In this document: in pieces, positions 26,831 to 40,456 of the stretch | How the letters are laid out: the number at the start of each line of letters is the position of its first letter | Position numbering within the stretch: the stretch's first letter is position 1 | NCBI RefSeq assembly: GCF_006345805.1 | Contig: NC_043003.1 | Coordinates: 77,624,001-77,688,000 of the forward strand | DNA length: 64,000 bases | Source of the DNA: Octopus sinensis | Taxonomy: Eukaryota | Direction: 5' to 3' | The notes under the pieces: generated by a model | Database searches by the model: none | Told to the model about the DNA's origin: nothing | Seen by the model: only the letters and a program-made list of their open reading frames with translations | Program-made: the position numbers and the translations under genes

Positions 26831-28174
26831 CAACAGACGACGACCAAGAATCACTACTGTTGCTTCAACACAAAAGCGGTTCCTTTTAAAACCAGCAAAA
26901 AATCTATAATGAACTTCTACACTACACTCGACAAAACAGTAAACGACTATGGATTTTTTCTATTATACTCTTTATAATATATTTGATAAGGTTCGTCTTT
27001 TCAAGAACATGGATTCTATTGAATGTATGTAACATGGATTCTATCGAATGTATGTAACAATTATGAACTGTTCCATTATACTTTTTATAATAAATTTTTT
27101 TGATAAGGTTCGTTTTTTCAAGAACCGAAACATGTAAAATTAAAATTTATCTAATATAGTGGCGTTTTCAAACTTCTTATTTACAAATATATATATATAT
27201 ATATATAATATATATATATAATATATATATATATATATACACCCATACATACGACGGGCATGCACACAGTTTCCGCCCTCTAAATCCACTCATAAGGCAT
27301 CGAGCGGCTTGGAGCTTGGGTAGAAGATACTTTTCCCAAAGTGCCGCCTTGTGCGACAGAACCCGAGGCCACGTGGTTGCAAAGCGAGCTTCTGAACCAT
27401 ATAGCCATGCTTGAACCGTTTTACTGAGACAAATTAACGACTAATTCGAAACGATTTGGTGCTGTGACCAATATCTATTTAAAATAAAAAAAGAAGAGAA
27501 AGAATTAATGTTGGCTGTACAAATATAAAGAAGATGTACATGTATTTAATTTAAGCTATGATTGTGAGATATTTTAATGATACTGACGGCATTTTTCTTC
27601 GGCTTGTATAAAAGGAAAAAGTCCCCAAGCAGCTTTACTTCAAATAGAAATCTGTTATAAGAGGTTGAATATGTAAATCGAATAGAACGTAAGCGAGCTG
27701 AATTCTGTTTCTTATCTACTAACGGTAAACCCACACAATGTATGTGTGTGTGTGTGTATTTATTCTATATTTGTATGTATGTATATATATATGGTGTGTG
27801 TGTGTGCGTATGCATATATATGTATATGTACACACACACACACACACACGGAGTATATCTTGCGCGTGGAGGTGCGTGGTTTAGCTGTTATGGTATTGCA
27901 TTTATGATCGTAAGATTCCAGGAACGGGCGATACATTGTGTTCTTGAGCAAAATACTTCATTTCACATCACTCCAGTTCAAGCAACTGGCAAAAAAGGGT
28001 AATCGCGCGACGGACCTGTGGCAGAGGTGGTAGTGGGGAATATATACGCCACAAAACACTGGAAAATCTGCCATATGTTCCTATGGCCCGGGAGGTACCT
28101 CTTATATCTTATCTTTCGTCCTTTTTGTCAGGGTCACCGCATTGAAGAATTTTTAGTCTAATGAAACGAATGCA

Positions 28175-28255
<81 letters not shown>

Positions 28256-30027
28256 TATGTATGTATATAAGTAGCAAAGAGATACAGGTGTCATGTATAT
28301 TTATACATAATACATATACATCTATATATATATATTTACATTTATTTATTCTATCAGTCACTCGGTCACTTTTGCTGGACCCCTACGTTACGGACATGTA
28401 AACACCCCAACTCTGGTTATCAAACAGTGTTGGGAGACAAACACAGACACGCACAACAAACATGCACGTATTTATATAAAGAGAGAGGGGGGAGGAAGAG
28501 AGAGATGGGTAGATTGATATATAGTTTAACATTTCCTTCCACGTGACCGGTGATCAGCCAAGCATGATCTTTCTTTCTAGGCGTGACTGCCGGACGAGAA
28601 GCATCTCATATTTCTGTCTCATGACTTTCATCTGTTATGTTCATCAATGTTCCTGCCTCAAGGTTTTCACTCCACACACGTCGGCTCAATTTGATTCGTC
28701 TCTATTAGTCGAAAGACGTCTGCTGTTATTTCTTTGTTGTTTATATTTGTAATTCCATAACATTTTCTCCTTTTTTCTGTCGAATATTTTGTCTTTGTTG
28801 TCGTACATATTTGCTTGCTTTCTCCCAAAATATTTAGTGTTCTTAGCTTAGATTTTGGGGGACAGACAGATTTGAACGGGCTCGTGTGTAACAGGCTGAA
28901 ATTGTATGGATGATATGGAATCTTGACTGACGAGAGAAGACTGTGAATGAGCCGACCTTGTTTTTTACTCTCCGTCTTTTTGTTGTTTTTCCTGTCCGTC
29001 TTTGTATCCTCTATCTGTCCAGATGTTTTTTATCATCTGTTGCGTTCTTATTCCATTTTTTTATATATATGTGGTGTGTCCGTGTGTGTGTGAGTGTGTA
29101 TGCCTGCGTGTGTCTGTCTGTGTGTTTATAGAGTGTTTAAATGGTGTAAAAACATTGTATGTTAAGAAAAAGGAGGCAGTCAGAATTTTTGATAATTTTT
29201 TATGAACCCTTTCGTTCACTTAACCGAACTCTTCAAGATAATATCAAGTTAATAAAACAGAGAGTTCCTTTTATATGAATTGAAGAGAAATTTTATATTT
29301 TGGAGAAAGGGAGGAAGAGAGGGAGATAGGGAGCAAAACAAGTGATAAAGAGAAAGAAAAGCAAAGAAGAAGGGAAGAGTGACAAAGAGAGAAAGAGGTT
29401 TCTTTTCAATTATATTGTATCGATGTGGGCAACCCATTGAAATTTAATTACAATTCAAGCTGGGGATCGTTTGTTCTAACCAAAACCTCGACTGAATCAA
29501 GAATAACATCATGAACTATAATTAAATTCGATTTTTACAATTCTGTAAATGATAATAATAATAATAATAATATTTTATAAGCTTAAAGCTTATAATTGAT
29601 CACCGTGTGTGAGAACTGTTACAAATTTTGTACGTAATATGATGCATCTGCAAAGTTTTATATGACTATGACGATTTAACATTACATGCACTGGCCTATG
29701 TGCCGGGAATCGCCCTTAATATACTGATTGAGGTATAGATGTAGATAGCTAGACACATACATAGATAGAAACAGAGAGAGACAGACAGAGAGAGGGGGAG
29801 ATTTAAAAGTTATCCACTAATCACAAATTGAATTATGGCGCTGGAGATATTATTATATGGAATGGTGAAAACGGTCAAAGTGCACAACATTAAGAAATGG
29901 TGCAATAATTGCAATCGTTTATACTTCCCAAAACATGCAAGACCAAAATGTGATAGATTACGGATTTTTCGAAAAGTATGCAAAATGCATCCATCTGTTT
30001 AACATGTGTGCATGTGTGTTATACGTA

Positions 30028-30212
30028 TCAGGACAATTACCCCCTCCCCTAGGATAATTCCCTCCGATGACAACTGCCCCTTAGGACAATTACACCCCTT
30101 GGTTAATTACCCCCTCTCCAATATATCAAGAAGTTTTAAATCATCATCGGTTGTCCTCAGGGTGTTATTGTCCTGGGCGGGGTTATTGTCCATCTGGGGT
30201 AAATGTCTTAGA
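30028..30212. mobile_element. MITE-like element with repeated GGACAATTACCCC subterminal motifs in inverted orientation
   Basis: Four ggacaattaccc-like motifs on the left, mirrored by ggggt(t/a)attgtcc motifs on the right. Confidence 0.55.
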
Positions 30213-30261
30213 CTCGTGTTATATGTGTTTGCTTACCAACCAAATAGTTCCGGGTTCAATC

Positions 30262-31432
30262 CGGGAGATAGCTACCGCCAGACTGCACTCAGCCACACCA
30301 TTAAAAACTGTAGAAGTGGTGCTTCTGCCTGTATACATTGAGAGATGTGCTTCCAGCGTTAGGGTAGAAGACATACCCCCAGAGGTGAACGTAGCTGCCA
30401 TACTGCTAGGCATGAAAGCAAAGGTGTTGGTCCTGCAGGCCACCAGAACACTCTACAGAAACTAGCAAGGGCAGAGCCTGGACATGGTGGTACAGATTAA
30501 TCCAGAAGATATTGAAAGTATGGTGGAGACAATCACGGTCGCAGTCGTGATGCTACAAGTCAGAGTGGAAAGGAGGGTTCTGCGGTGTTATAAATGTGGC
30601 CTGGAAGGCCACATTAGAGCGGATTGTGCTCCACCACCTATGAAGACTACAGAAAGGCAAGAGAGTGAGAAGGTGGTTGGTGCTCCACTGCCCGTGGAGG
30701 CTGATTAAAAGACTAGTACCAGCATCGAGGAAGAGGAGGTAAACACCAGCTGGGAAACAGCGGGAAAAAGAGAAAGAAGAGGAGAAAGAGGACACACGTG
30801 GTAAAGTACAACCCCCAACGCACACCCACCCGGCTGCACCCACACCCATTCTACCCCAACCACTGCTACAGACACCAACCCTCCCCATAAACAGAAGCAC
30901 AAACACACAGGAGCCCCAAATTTCCCCCCTCCCGGCCCATGGATAAATTTGTGACATTATATAACAGGAATAAAGAACTTTGCAACGAGATAAAGACAAG
31001 GGACAAAGCAATAGAAGTGAATATAACAAAGGGAGGAGGGTTGCCAGAGGACGTTTGCTATGCAGTGGCGGACCCGGAGTACCTCTCAAGATTGATAAAT
31101 TACGAAGAAAAAACTGATTTCGATTGGTGGGTTACGAAAATGGACACCAGCAAAATACCTAAAAGGGCAAGTTATGCTTACATTTTAAGGGAACTGGATA
31201 TAGGAATTTTCCAAAATAGTGGAAACTAGCTGTCACAAAGGCATTATCAATGGTAGTTTAAATTAATGTTTTCAAAAAAAGGGTTGTATTAACAGGTTCA
31301 ATGAAGTTGCTCGCTGGTGGGGGCCGAACGGTTTCATTCCATTTTGTCATTATATTCAATCCATCTTTTCCATTCGTTTTGTTTTTTGTCCCCACCTTGT
31401 ACTGTCCCCTCTATATACGGCCTTCATGGTTA
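30262..31432 (+). mobile_element. Non-LTR retrotransposon ORF1 (gag-like, CCHC knuckle RCYKCGLEGHIRADC), probably L1/Tx1 clade; no ORF2
   Basis: ORFs 30151-30465 and 30484-30708 share a frame separated by one TAG; a further ORF lies at 30939-31229. GC content is higher than in the flanks. Confidence 0.7.
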
Positions 31433-31890
31433 ATCTTTGAGTTCAGTCGTATTCCGTGGTACCTTCTACAATAGTCCCGGGTCAACTAAAGCCTTTTGAA
31501 TAGATATCACTGACAGAAACTGAGAGCTAGTCACACACACATATGTGTGTGTGGGAGCGTGTGTTTTTATGTGTATGTGTGTACGCGGGTGTATGTGTGA
31601 GTGCGTGTGTTCGTGTGTTTCTCTGTATGTGTCTTGGTGATTGTCCCTTTCCACTGCTTGGCAACTGGTGTTGGTATGTTTTCTTCCACGCAACAAAGCG
31701 GTTCAGCAAAAGTACAGATAGAAGACGGACCAGGCTTAGGAATAAGGTTCAACTAAATATTGTTCAACTAAACCTTTCAAAACAATGTCCCAGCATGGCT
31801 GCAATCCAATGGATGAAATAAGCAAAAGAAAGGTAAAGATATGTGGTGCGTTCTTGTATGTGTGCACAAATATACTTATATTCACACAAA

Positions 31891-31967
<77 letters not shown>

Positions 31968-32371
31968 AATTAAAAAAGGAAAATACATACACTTTATATA
32001 GCTTTTTATATAATTTATATAATTTTTTATATATCGACCGGTTTCGCTTTCACTATTCATGGTATTATGGTTTATTTATTTGAAAACGTATTTTCTTAAG
32101 AAGAAATATTTGTCCATGTTGTGTGTGATGATATTTACGAGTGAATGACTTCACAAGTAGAAAAATAAAGCGAGGTAATTGGTTATCGCTATTATTGTTG
32201 TTGTTGTTGTGGGCAAGGGAGATAACTGTTCAGCTTTCGACAAGGGGAGGGAAATATATGTGTACACGCAAAAGAGGGGTTTCGAAAAACTTGTTTAGTG
32301 AGGGGATTTATGTACAGTGATGTAATCGTGAATTGAAAAATGTAAAAAGATAAAAGTTGGCTATGCTTGCA

Positions 32372-32626
32372 TATTAAGACGGGTTCTGTATTTTTCATTT
32401 AAACGTTCTTGTGGAGAGATTGTTTCTGAACTGGTAGAAGGGGAAGACTGTGAAATTTGGTTTGATGTTACCTGCACATTTTTCTATATGTTCACTGAGA
32501 GGAATTTGCCTGTATTGCAGGAAACGGATTTGCTCTTTATGTAGAGTAGTTCTCCTCCTCAAGGTCATACTCGTCTCCCCAATATAGTTGTATCCGCGAC
32601 CCGAGCAGGTTATTACATAAAATAGG
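32372..32626 (-). mobile_element. Penelope-like element 3' fragment (GIY-YIG endonuclease)
   Basis: LFYVITCSGRGYNYIGETSMTLRRRTTLHKEQIR...LSEHIEKC. Confidence 0.8.
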
Positions 32627-32939
32627 TTCTCAGAGGCACAAATGAAATCATATTAAAACTATGTAAAGTGTGTGTATTTTCCTTTTTTAATTTCTTATAT
32701 ATATTACAACTCACCATGTGGGAATAATCAAAATTCCTCTTTTTCTGTTACTATATATATATATATATATGGAGAGAAGATATTTTCTCAAAGAGTTAAG
32801 ATTGAGAAAAGAACCTGTTTAGAAAGTTGAAAGGCACTAACCTTTGGAAAGAGATTTCACAAAATGTGTGTGGCTTTTACTTTTATAGACGCGCAAGCGC
32901 TTTCAGTTCATAACGTTTTTAAGCATGCGTAATTAAATA

Positions 32940-35030
32940 TAGTGACAGTTGTTTTCAGTAAAATAGTTGTTGACTATTTCCGGTTTAGTTTTGGACTCAG
33001 AAATCTTATGAAATATTCTTTCTTTTGCTTTCCGGAGAAGGTCGTTCTCTTCATTTATTTTATGAAGAGGGAAAATTGTAAATTTTCCTTGTGCAAATGT
33101 TTCCAAATGATCGCTAAATAGTATGCATCTAAGTGAGGGATGTTTTATTTGATGTCTGTGCACATTTACCTGGTTGGTTAGTTTCGTTTTTGTTTCCCCA
33201 ATATAATGTTCGTTTCATCATGGGCATGTGATACAATATATCAGGTTTTTGCTTTTACAGTTCATGTTTGCATTCACCATTAATTCTTTTCCATCCTTGA
33301 TTTTTTGGCTGGTCCCTGTTCTATTAAATAACATCTCCCACATAGGAGATCTCCACATTTGGTAACTTGCATTATTTCTCCCTCAGATGCAAATCTTGCT
33401 TGGTTAGAAGTTTCTTAAGATTTGGTGGTTGCCTTTGACTGTTGATTAATTGTTGTTCTTTGATTATTTATCGGAGGCATGAGGACTGGTGTAAAATTGG
33501 TAGAAGGTGTTTGGCTGTTTGTAGAATATTGTGGTTCCTGGGATTGTGAGTGATAATAAATGGGCTATTTTTACGTTCATTTTCTCGTTTATCCTCAGCG
33601 TGAGTGTTTTTTCTTCTTAGTGTAGAGATTGGGATATTTTTAACTTCAGTTATCGCTTGCTCTATTAGTTTGGTGGAGTATTTTTGTTTTTTAAGGAACA
33701 AGTTAAGTTCTGCAAGACGTCTTTCTCTTCTGTTTGTCTCCGAAACTACTGTACATATTCGTCTTGCCATATTAAAGGGTATGTACGTTTTTGTATGGGA
33801 AGGATGGCAAGATCTGAAGTCTAAATATTGGTGTATGTGTCTGTGTTTTTGTAATAGAGGTCAGTTGTTATAATCTCATTCTCTTTAATTATTAAGATAT
33901 CTAGGAAGGGGAGTTCCCTTTCATTCATTTCCATAGTGAATTGGATTGATTCATGGGCGCTGTTTATAATTTCAAAATTTTTTTAAGGTCCTTAATTCTG
34001 TTCCAGAATATAAAGCAGTCATCCAAGTATCTTTTCCAGTTTCCCACTAGGTACGAGTGGAAGTTTTGGCCAAACGAAAACTGAAATAAGTAGTAGATTA
34101 TTTTCTTCCAAATTACCCATTATTAGTGTTGCAAGTGTAGGTGCTACCATGGTACTCATTGCAGTCCCATGTAACTGTAGGTAGTATTGGTTGTCAAAAA
34201 GTAGCTATTTTCTAGTACTAGCTGTTACCCTTCAAGTATGAACTCCTTGGAGAATCTTTCTTGGATTCCTTGTGGGTGTTTGTGCATCCAGAATTCTACT
34301 GCTTCTCATCCTAAGTAATGGGGGATATTGATGTAGAGGCTGACTACATCAAAGCTGACTAATATGGTTTCTTTGTTCACTCTTTTTGGAATGTGGTTTA
34401 GGAAATTCATATTATCTCTCTCTATATAAACGGCAGTTTGTCTGTGCGTGTTTCTGTGTGTCTGTTTGCTTGTACCCTCACCCTGACCACGGCTTTCAAC
34501 CGATTCTGATGAAACTTGACACACACATAGCCCAATGTCATAATTCAAAACTAACGCAGCGAAAATTTTGAAAAGTTCCCCCAGTTCTGAAAAAAATCGA
34601 TAAATTCGACATGGGGTCGAGAATCAGGAATACGAACCACAAACTGTCTAGGGGACGCAACTCCACCTTTTTTAAATCTCAAAAAAAAATTTACCATAAT
34701 TTTTTTCCATTTTTTTGCTATTTTTTGGCTATAACTCTCTAAAAATGCTTTATAGTTATTTCCCTTACAAACCTGAGCAACCCCGGGCGATACTGCTAGT
34801 CTCTAATAAAACTAGGGATCAATTTACATAAAGGTTTTAGAATTGTGTCAGGCAAGTTGCTTTCTCTTTCTGTGCTTGATGCTGGTCCTGCTACAATTGG
34901 TCTTAATCTAAGATCAGATGGTCTGGGAATCTTTATATAGGGAGTCTGAATGTCCTTCAAACAGTCCTTGATTTCTTTAGATTTGTGGATTTTCAGATAT
35001 CGTTACTATTATGCAAAAGTGTCGTAAGTT
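32940..35030 (-). mobile_element. Penelope-like element (probably Neptune-type): RT, Cys-rich linker and GIY-YIG, decayed and interrupted by a Helitron-like insertion
   Basis: RPIVAGP; LVSFDVVSLYINIP (motif A); YYLQLHGTAM (B); LDDCFI (C); QYLDFRSCHP..ARRICTVVS; KCG..C..C; IYCITCP..EHYIGETK. Confidence 0.9.
34415..34799 (-). mobile_element. Non-autonomous Helitron/DINE-like element inserted in the PLE RT
   Basis: Removing it restores ...PSFIRDNMNFLNHIP. A|T insertion site with no TSD; closely matches 23989-24372. Confidence 0.75.
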
Positions 35031-35273
35031 CAAAAATTTGCTTTTTCAGGAAATGAAAAATAGCTTCACCATTCCATAACAAAATTGGTGTACTACACGT
35101 TGACAATTTTTGATATCTTGGCATCCGAAGCAGCTGGAGATACGATAGAACCGGTTGTTGCAAGCAAAAATGAATATTGCAAAAAAATGCATTTGGCCAA
35201 ATTTGAACATACGACAGTTTAACATAATAGCAATGATATATATATATATAATATATATATATATATATAATAT

Positions 35274-35331
<58 letters not shown>

Positions 35332-35370
35332 TGTTGTATATATGTATGTATGTTTGTATATATATATATA

Positions 35371-35408
<38 letters not shown>

Positions 35409-35411
<3 letters not shown>

Positions 35412-35620
35412 TCTTTTACTTGTTTCAGTCATTTGACTGCGGCCATGTTGGCGCACCGCCTTTAGTCGAGCAAATCACCCCAGGACTTATTCTTTGTAAG
35501 CCTAGTATTTATTCTATCGGTTTCTTTTGCTGAACCGCTAAGTTACGGGTACGTAAACACACCAGCATCGGTTGCCAAGCGATGTTGGGGGGACAAACAC
35601 ATACACACAAACACATACAC

Positions 35621-35667
<47 letters not shown>

Positions 35668-35829
35668 TACGACGGGCTTCTTTCAGTTTCCGTCTTCCAA
35701 ATCCACTCACAAGGCTTTGGTCGGCCCGAGGCTATAGTAGAATACATTTGCCCAAGGTGCCACGCAATGGGACTGAACCCGGAACCATGTGGTTGGTAAG
35801 CAAGCTACCTACTACACAGCCACTCCTAC

Positions 35830-35830
<1 letters not shown>
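35409..35830 (-). mobile_element. SINE family 2, full length
   Basis: Matches 4196-4585. Other partial copies at 5035-5260, 14518-14655, 27245-27410, 31630-31830, 36160-36490, 45613-45810 and 47705-48025. Confidence 0.85.
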
Positions 35831-35898
<68 letters not shown>

Positions 35899-36647
35899 AT
35901 ATATATACAAAGGTGTAGACACACATTTTTGAGCAAACGTCTGTATATCCTGGTTTGCATATATCATAGTGACAAGATTTATATAGTAAAGTCTTCATCA
36001 GATAATTTCTTGTATAAATGCAACTTGTTCTTAAAATAACTTGGCTAGAAGGAATCGGAAGTTTTCTTATTCGTGCGCTTCTGACGCATATTAATGACGT
36101 TGTAAAAGGACATGGACAAAATGAGGAGAGAAAGTAGGTCACATACTTTCTTTCGTCTCTTTTCTTTCACTTGTTTCAGTCATTTGGCTAAGACCATGCT
36201 ACAGCACTGTCTTGAAGGATTTTAGTTGAACAAATCGATCGCGGGACTTATTTTTGTTAAAGCCTGGTACTTATTCTGTCGATTCTCTTATTGGCAAACC
36301 GCTGAGTTGCGAGGAAGTAAACAACCAGCACTGGCTGTAAAGCGCTGGGGGACAAACACAAACACAAAGTTACACACACACGCACACACACGTCGTGCTT
36401 CAGTTTTCGTCCACACCCCGGGCTGTAGTAGAGGACATTTGCCCAAGCATATGGCTTTGGATTGAGTCCCACCTAAAATTATTGGCCATACATGCGCCAA
36501 TAAAAATTGTGATACTAGATTCCAGATGGATTCGAACCCAAGACCACGAGATAATGTTGACATTTTTGCTTTTTAGAGAAAGTTTCGTTCCTCCCCTAAT
36601 ATTGCCAGATAATTAATAATGGTCACTTAGGTTAAATGAAACATAAC

Positions 36648-36803
36648 ACAGTTCTATATTTAAGAGATGTACTTTATTTACATTTGACGGATATTTGTCC
36701 TCATCTTGTTTGTTGTTAACACAACGTTTCGTCTGATATACCCCTCAGCCTTCATCAGATGTCTTGGGAAATTTTGAACCTGGCTTCTCATTCCTAAGAT
36801 GTT

Positions 36804-36889
<86 letters not shown>

Positions 36890-36925
36890 TCGGAACCTTG
36901 GGGTTAGTAGCCCGCGCTCTTAAAC
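36648..36925 (-). mobile_element. tRNA-headed SINE-like element carrying a hammerhead motif (family C)
   Basis: Head taagagcgcggg CTACTAA cccc (anticodon-arm-like), then (TAA/CAA)n, then gacat CTGATGA a GGCTG n10 CAGAC GAAA CG TT gtgtt. A second copy lies at 56191-56394. Confidence 0.7.
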
Positions 36926-37299
36926 GATACGGGTTTCAGTTGCACGAGATTGTATCGAGAACGATGAAAACTTTTTGAGAACTTTGCGTAGGCCTCTGAG
37001 GAGGTATCACCAAGCTTTTGGCAAAATTTGAAGCAGATTCTCTGCTCAACTTTATGTCATAATCAGTTTTTGTTTGATTTGAATATAAAAACGTAATCAA
37101 GCATTTTAAGATTTATTAAAGCTTTCCAAATATAGTTATACCCCAGCAAAATACGATTGTAGACAAAGTGTCATCGACTTCCTTTCATGCCTGGTTTTAC
37201 TTAACAGACTTACCCCTCCCTTCAAAACAGCTGGCTTTGTTCTTAAATCTTTATCATCATCATCATAAACACCATCATTATTACTATAATTTTATTTGT

Positions 37300-37630
37300 G
37301 GTAAATGACCCCTTCGATCATGAATGACCATGGAATTGCACCAAGAAAGTTTCCCTCCGATCCAGAAGTCCGGACAAGGTTGTTTATGGAAGACAAACAA
37401 CCGCTCATGCATACCAACCTCCTCTCTCCACGCCAATGATATCATCTAAGGGAAAGGCAAACTCGATACAGCTTAGCACCAGTGACGTCGAAATTCATTT
37501 CTACAGCTGAGTGAACTGGAGCAACGTGAAATAAAGTGTATTGCTCAAGAACACAACACGCAGCCCGGTCCGGGAATCGAACTCACTACCTGATGATTGT
37601 GAGTCCCACACTCTAACCACAGAGCCAGTA
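37300..37630 (-). mobile_element. SINE family 3, full length
   Basis: tRNA-like head revcomp at 37570-37630 and CORE-like centre at 37500-37560. Confidence 0.75.
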
Positions 37631-40379
37631 ATGTAAAGCAAAGCTAACTTCGATGGGATTCGAATATAAAACGGAAACCACCAGAACAAATACCTTAAAA
37701 TATAAATACAGACGCTTTAGTAATTCAGCTATTTGTGGGTAGAAAGGAATATTAACGAGCAATGTATTAGAGCTTCAGTCTCAATAAAACCTTAGTTTCA
37801 ATCATCTATACTTTGATTTGAAACAACGCTGCATTTCATTCCACTGAAGACGGGTGATAAAATAAGTACCAGTAATTTACAGTCTCATTCAGTCATTTAC
37901 AAGCGCAAAATACACGTGCACTCTTTTCCTCTTGTCAAATAAAAATACTCTGTGTGCTTAATCGGTAGAATCTAAGGAACAAACTTAAAACCCTCAGCAT
38001 ACTCAAGTAAAGTAGGTTTCAGTTTCCAGTTCAGTTTAGTTCAACTTCAATTACACAGTTAATGCCTTCAAAACATGCATGATAGCTATACTAATATTGG
38101 TATCTTTCTCTATACGTATGTGAATCTGTGACTTCACTGTAAGGTTAAGAAGTTTGCTTCAAGGATACGTCGTTCCGAACTGGACCCCACTGTATGGTAG
38201 TTTGGGTAAGTGACATCTATCGTAGCCTCGGATCGGTCAATTCTCTGCGAAGAAAATTTAGTTGAGGTAATTTGCATGGCATGTTCTCAGAGAGACCGAC
38301 TGCAGTATTGAGTTCGGATTGGTTCAAACCCCTGGGGCTTGGGTACCTGAAGCAGAGTCCATTGACTCTGGGTAATTATACATGTTAGGTTCTTGATCTG
38401 AGGAAACTTCCTTCCACGAAGATCCTGAAATAGGTGATGGATGTCACCGTTCAACCTATGACTAAACCATGCTCCAAAGTATTCCCATAATCCATCACTA
38501 GCAATTCTTACTACAAATTCTAGAAATGGTGGTGGAATCTTCCACAAACCACAAACAACAGTATCAAAAAATAGTAAGTCACACTGAAAAATGTCATCTT
38601 ATCGATATGCTCTGACGTAAACGGTTGGGACATTAGCAAGATCAAGAACAACAATAACACTAGCCACAACAATAACAGCGGTAATAGTTAAGACGATGTT
38701 GACAACAATAATAACACCTACAACACAACAACAACAAGGACACCATCAACAACAACAAATTTCTCTAGATTTAGAATATTCTTATCTCTTTACTCTACAT
38801 AAAAATTAACACGTAGCGTTTCTTCAGCTTCTTCTAATCTTCAACAAAGAACAAAATGGTGGCCTGTTAGCAGAAAACCGGTCTGAACTATAACTTACCA
38901 GTTGTTTGGTGAATTATCTTTACGGTATGGATGCCGGTTGATATGGATACAGCTAAACCAATGTTTCTCTAAGTTTTTACAGAAAATCAAGTGGGATGTA
39001 TCACCTCTATATTTTTGCATTAAAGATTAATACAATTCCAAGATCAAACGGCGGCGTTTGAGCAATAATGATTGAGAATCACCGAGCCGAATCATTAATA
39101 AATACATATGTTTAGCAGTTCTAGTGCTATTAACAAGAATCTCACTATTCTTCTCCCCACTGCTAATTCTTTGAATGAAGAGCTTCCTCTCAAAACCTCA
39201 AATTCGCTTCTTCTCGTGGAACAACATCTTAGAGCATTTATATATTTTATTATTTGCTTTCGTTGTTTGTTATTGACACTGTGTATCACTAGTTTCTTAG
39301 GATTCTAGTTTGCATTTCCTTAACAATTAAACCATGTGGGACGAACTGTCAGATAGGAGGAAATGACAGAGAGACGGAGAATGTATTGTGGTTTTGAAAA
39401 GCATTTAACAATAGGTTGTTGGCCATTCCATACTTTTTCTTTCCATTATATCATACATCAGAAAGTAATGTACACGAGTGCTGGATTTGAAGATTTTATT
39501 TGATGAGTTACGGCAAAAATACGCAATTTGAAAGCTACTAGAGTTTTGCGTGAGCGAAAATTTAATTTAATTTAAATGAAGGGGAATCAGTTTACAATGG
39601 TTTACTTATGTGTAACAATGCGTGTTGGTCGAGTTATGAACAACTATTTCTTCAGTTCGTTGAAAATTTGATGACACACACTCTCACACACAGAAACACA
39701 CACACATGCGCGCACACGCACACACATACATATACACGCACATACACATACACACACGCACACACATACACACACACAAACATGTATGTATGCCATAGAA
39801 CCTCCCAAAACTATACACCGATATCTAAGCACTACCCAATCCTAATTAGGTTACTTATGAAGGAAACCAAACGATTCCCATCATCAGCTGCCCAAACGGA
39901 TATCACTATGGTATCGACAACTAAGTAAGTACCATTCAGTCTAGTGGTACCTACAGTATTAAAATTATAATCTCTGTCTAGGAACCGACAAGTAACAACG
40001 TAAGAGAGAACGAATAGGGATAACTTATAGGTGCAAAATAGTACCTGCAACAAAGAACTGATTCCAAAGATGATATTTAGACAATACAACAAACATACCT
40101 AACTAAATACAGTGTTTCTCAGACAACATCAATTCATGGACATGATATCACATCCGAAACAAGCTTAACAACGATTAGTGGAAGTGTACATCTCGTAAAC
40201 AACGTTCTCGAACTATGTACAAGTCAAAGGACAAGCTTATATCAATATATATGAAACAAGTTCAACATTATAAAATATAGTAACCAAATAATCTGATTAT
40301 TAAAAATAAAACAATAAAAAAGGAAACAAATATAAATCAAACCAAAGCTAAATCATCCATTAAAGATAAACGTATATGC

Positions 40380-40447
<68 letters not shown>

Positions 40448-40456
<9 letters not shown>

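Noticed and set aside
35975-36010. CTGATGA a GAC...GTC on the minus strand
   Set aside because: Core and stem II only; GAAA and stem III are absent.
38287-38547. 86-aa minus ORF (DGLWEYFGAWFSHRL...)
   Set aside because: No recognisable domain, weak splice sites, and it adjoins SINE debris. It may be a TE relic, but I cannot support a call.
39095-39308. Overlapping ORFs with a hydrophobic C-terminus
   Set aside because: The hydrophobicity is explained by T-rich sequence, and the phase does not fit the other candidate exons.
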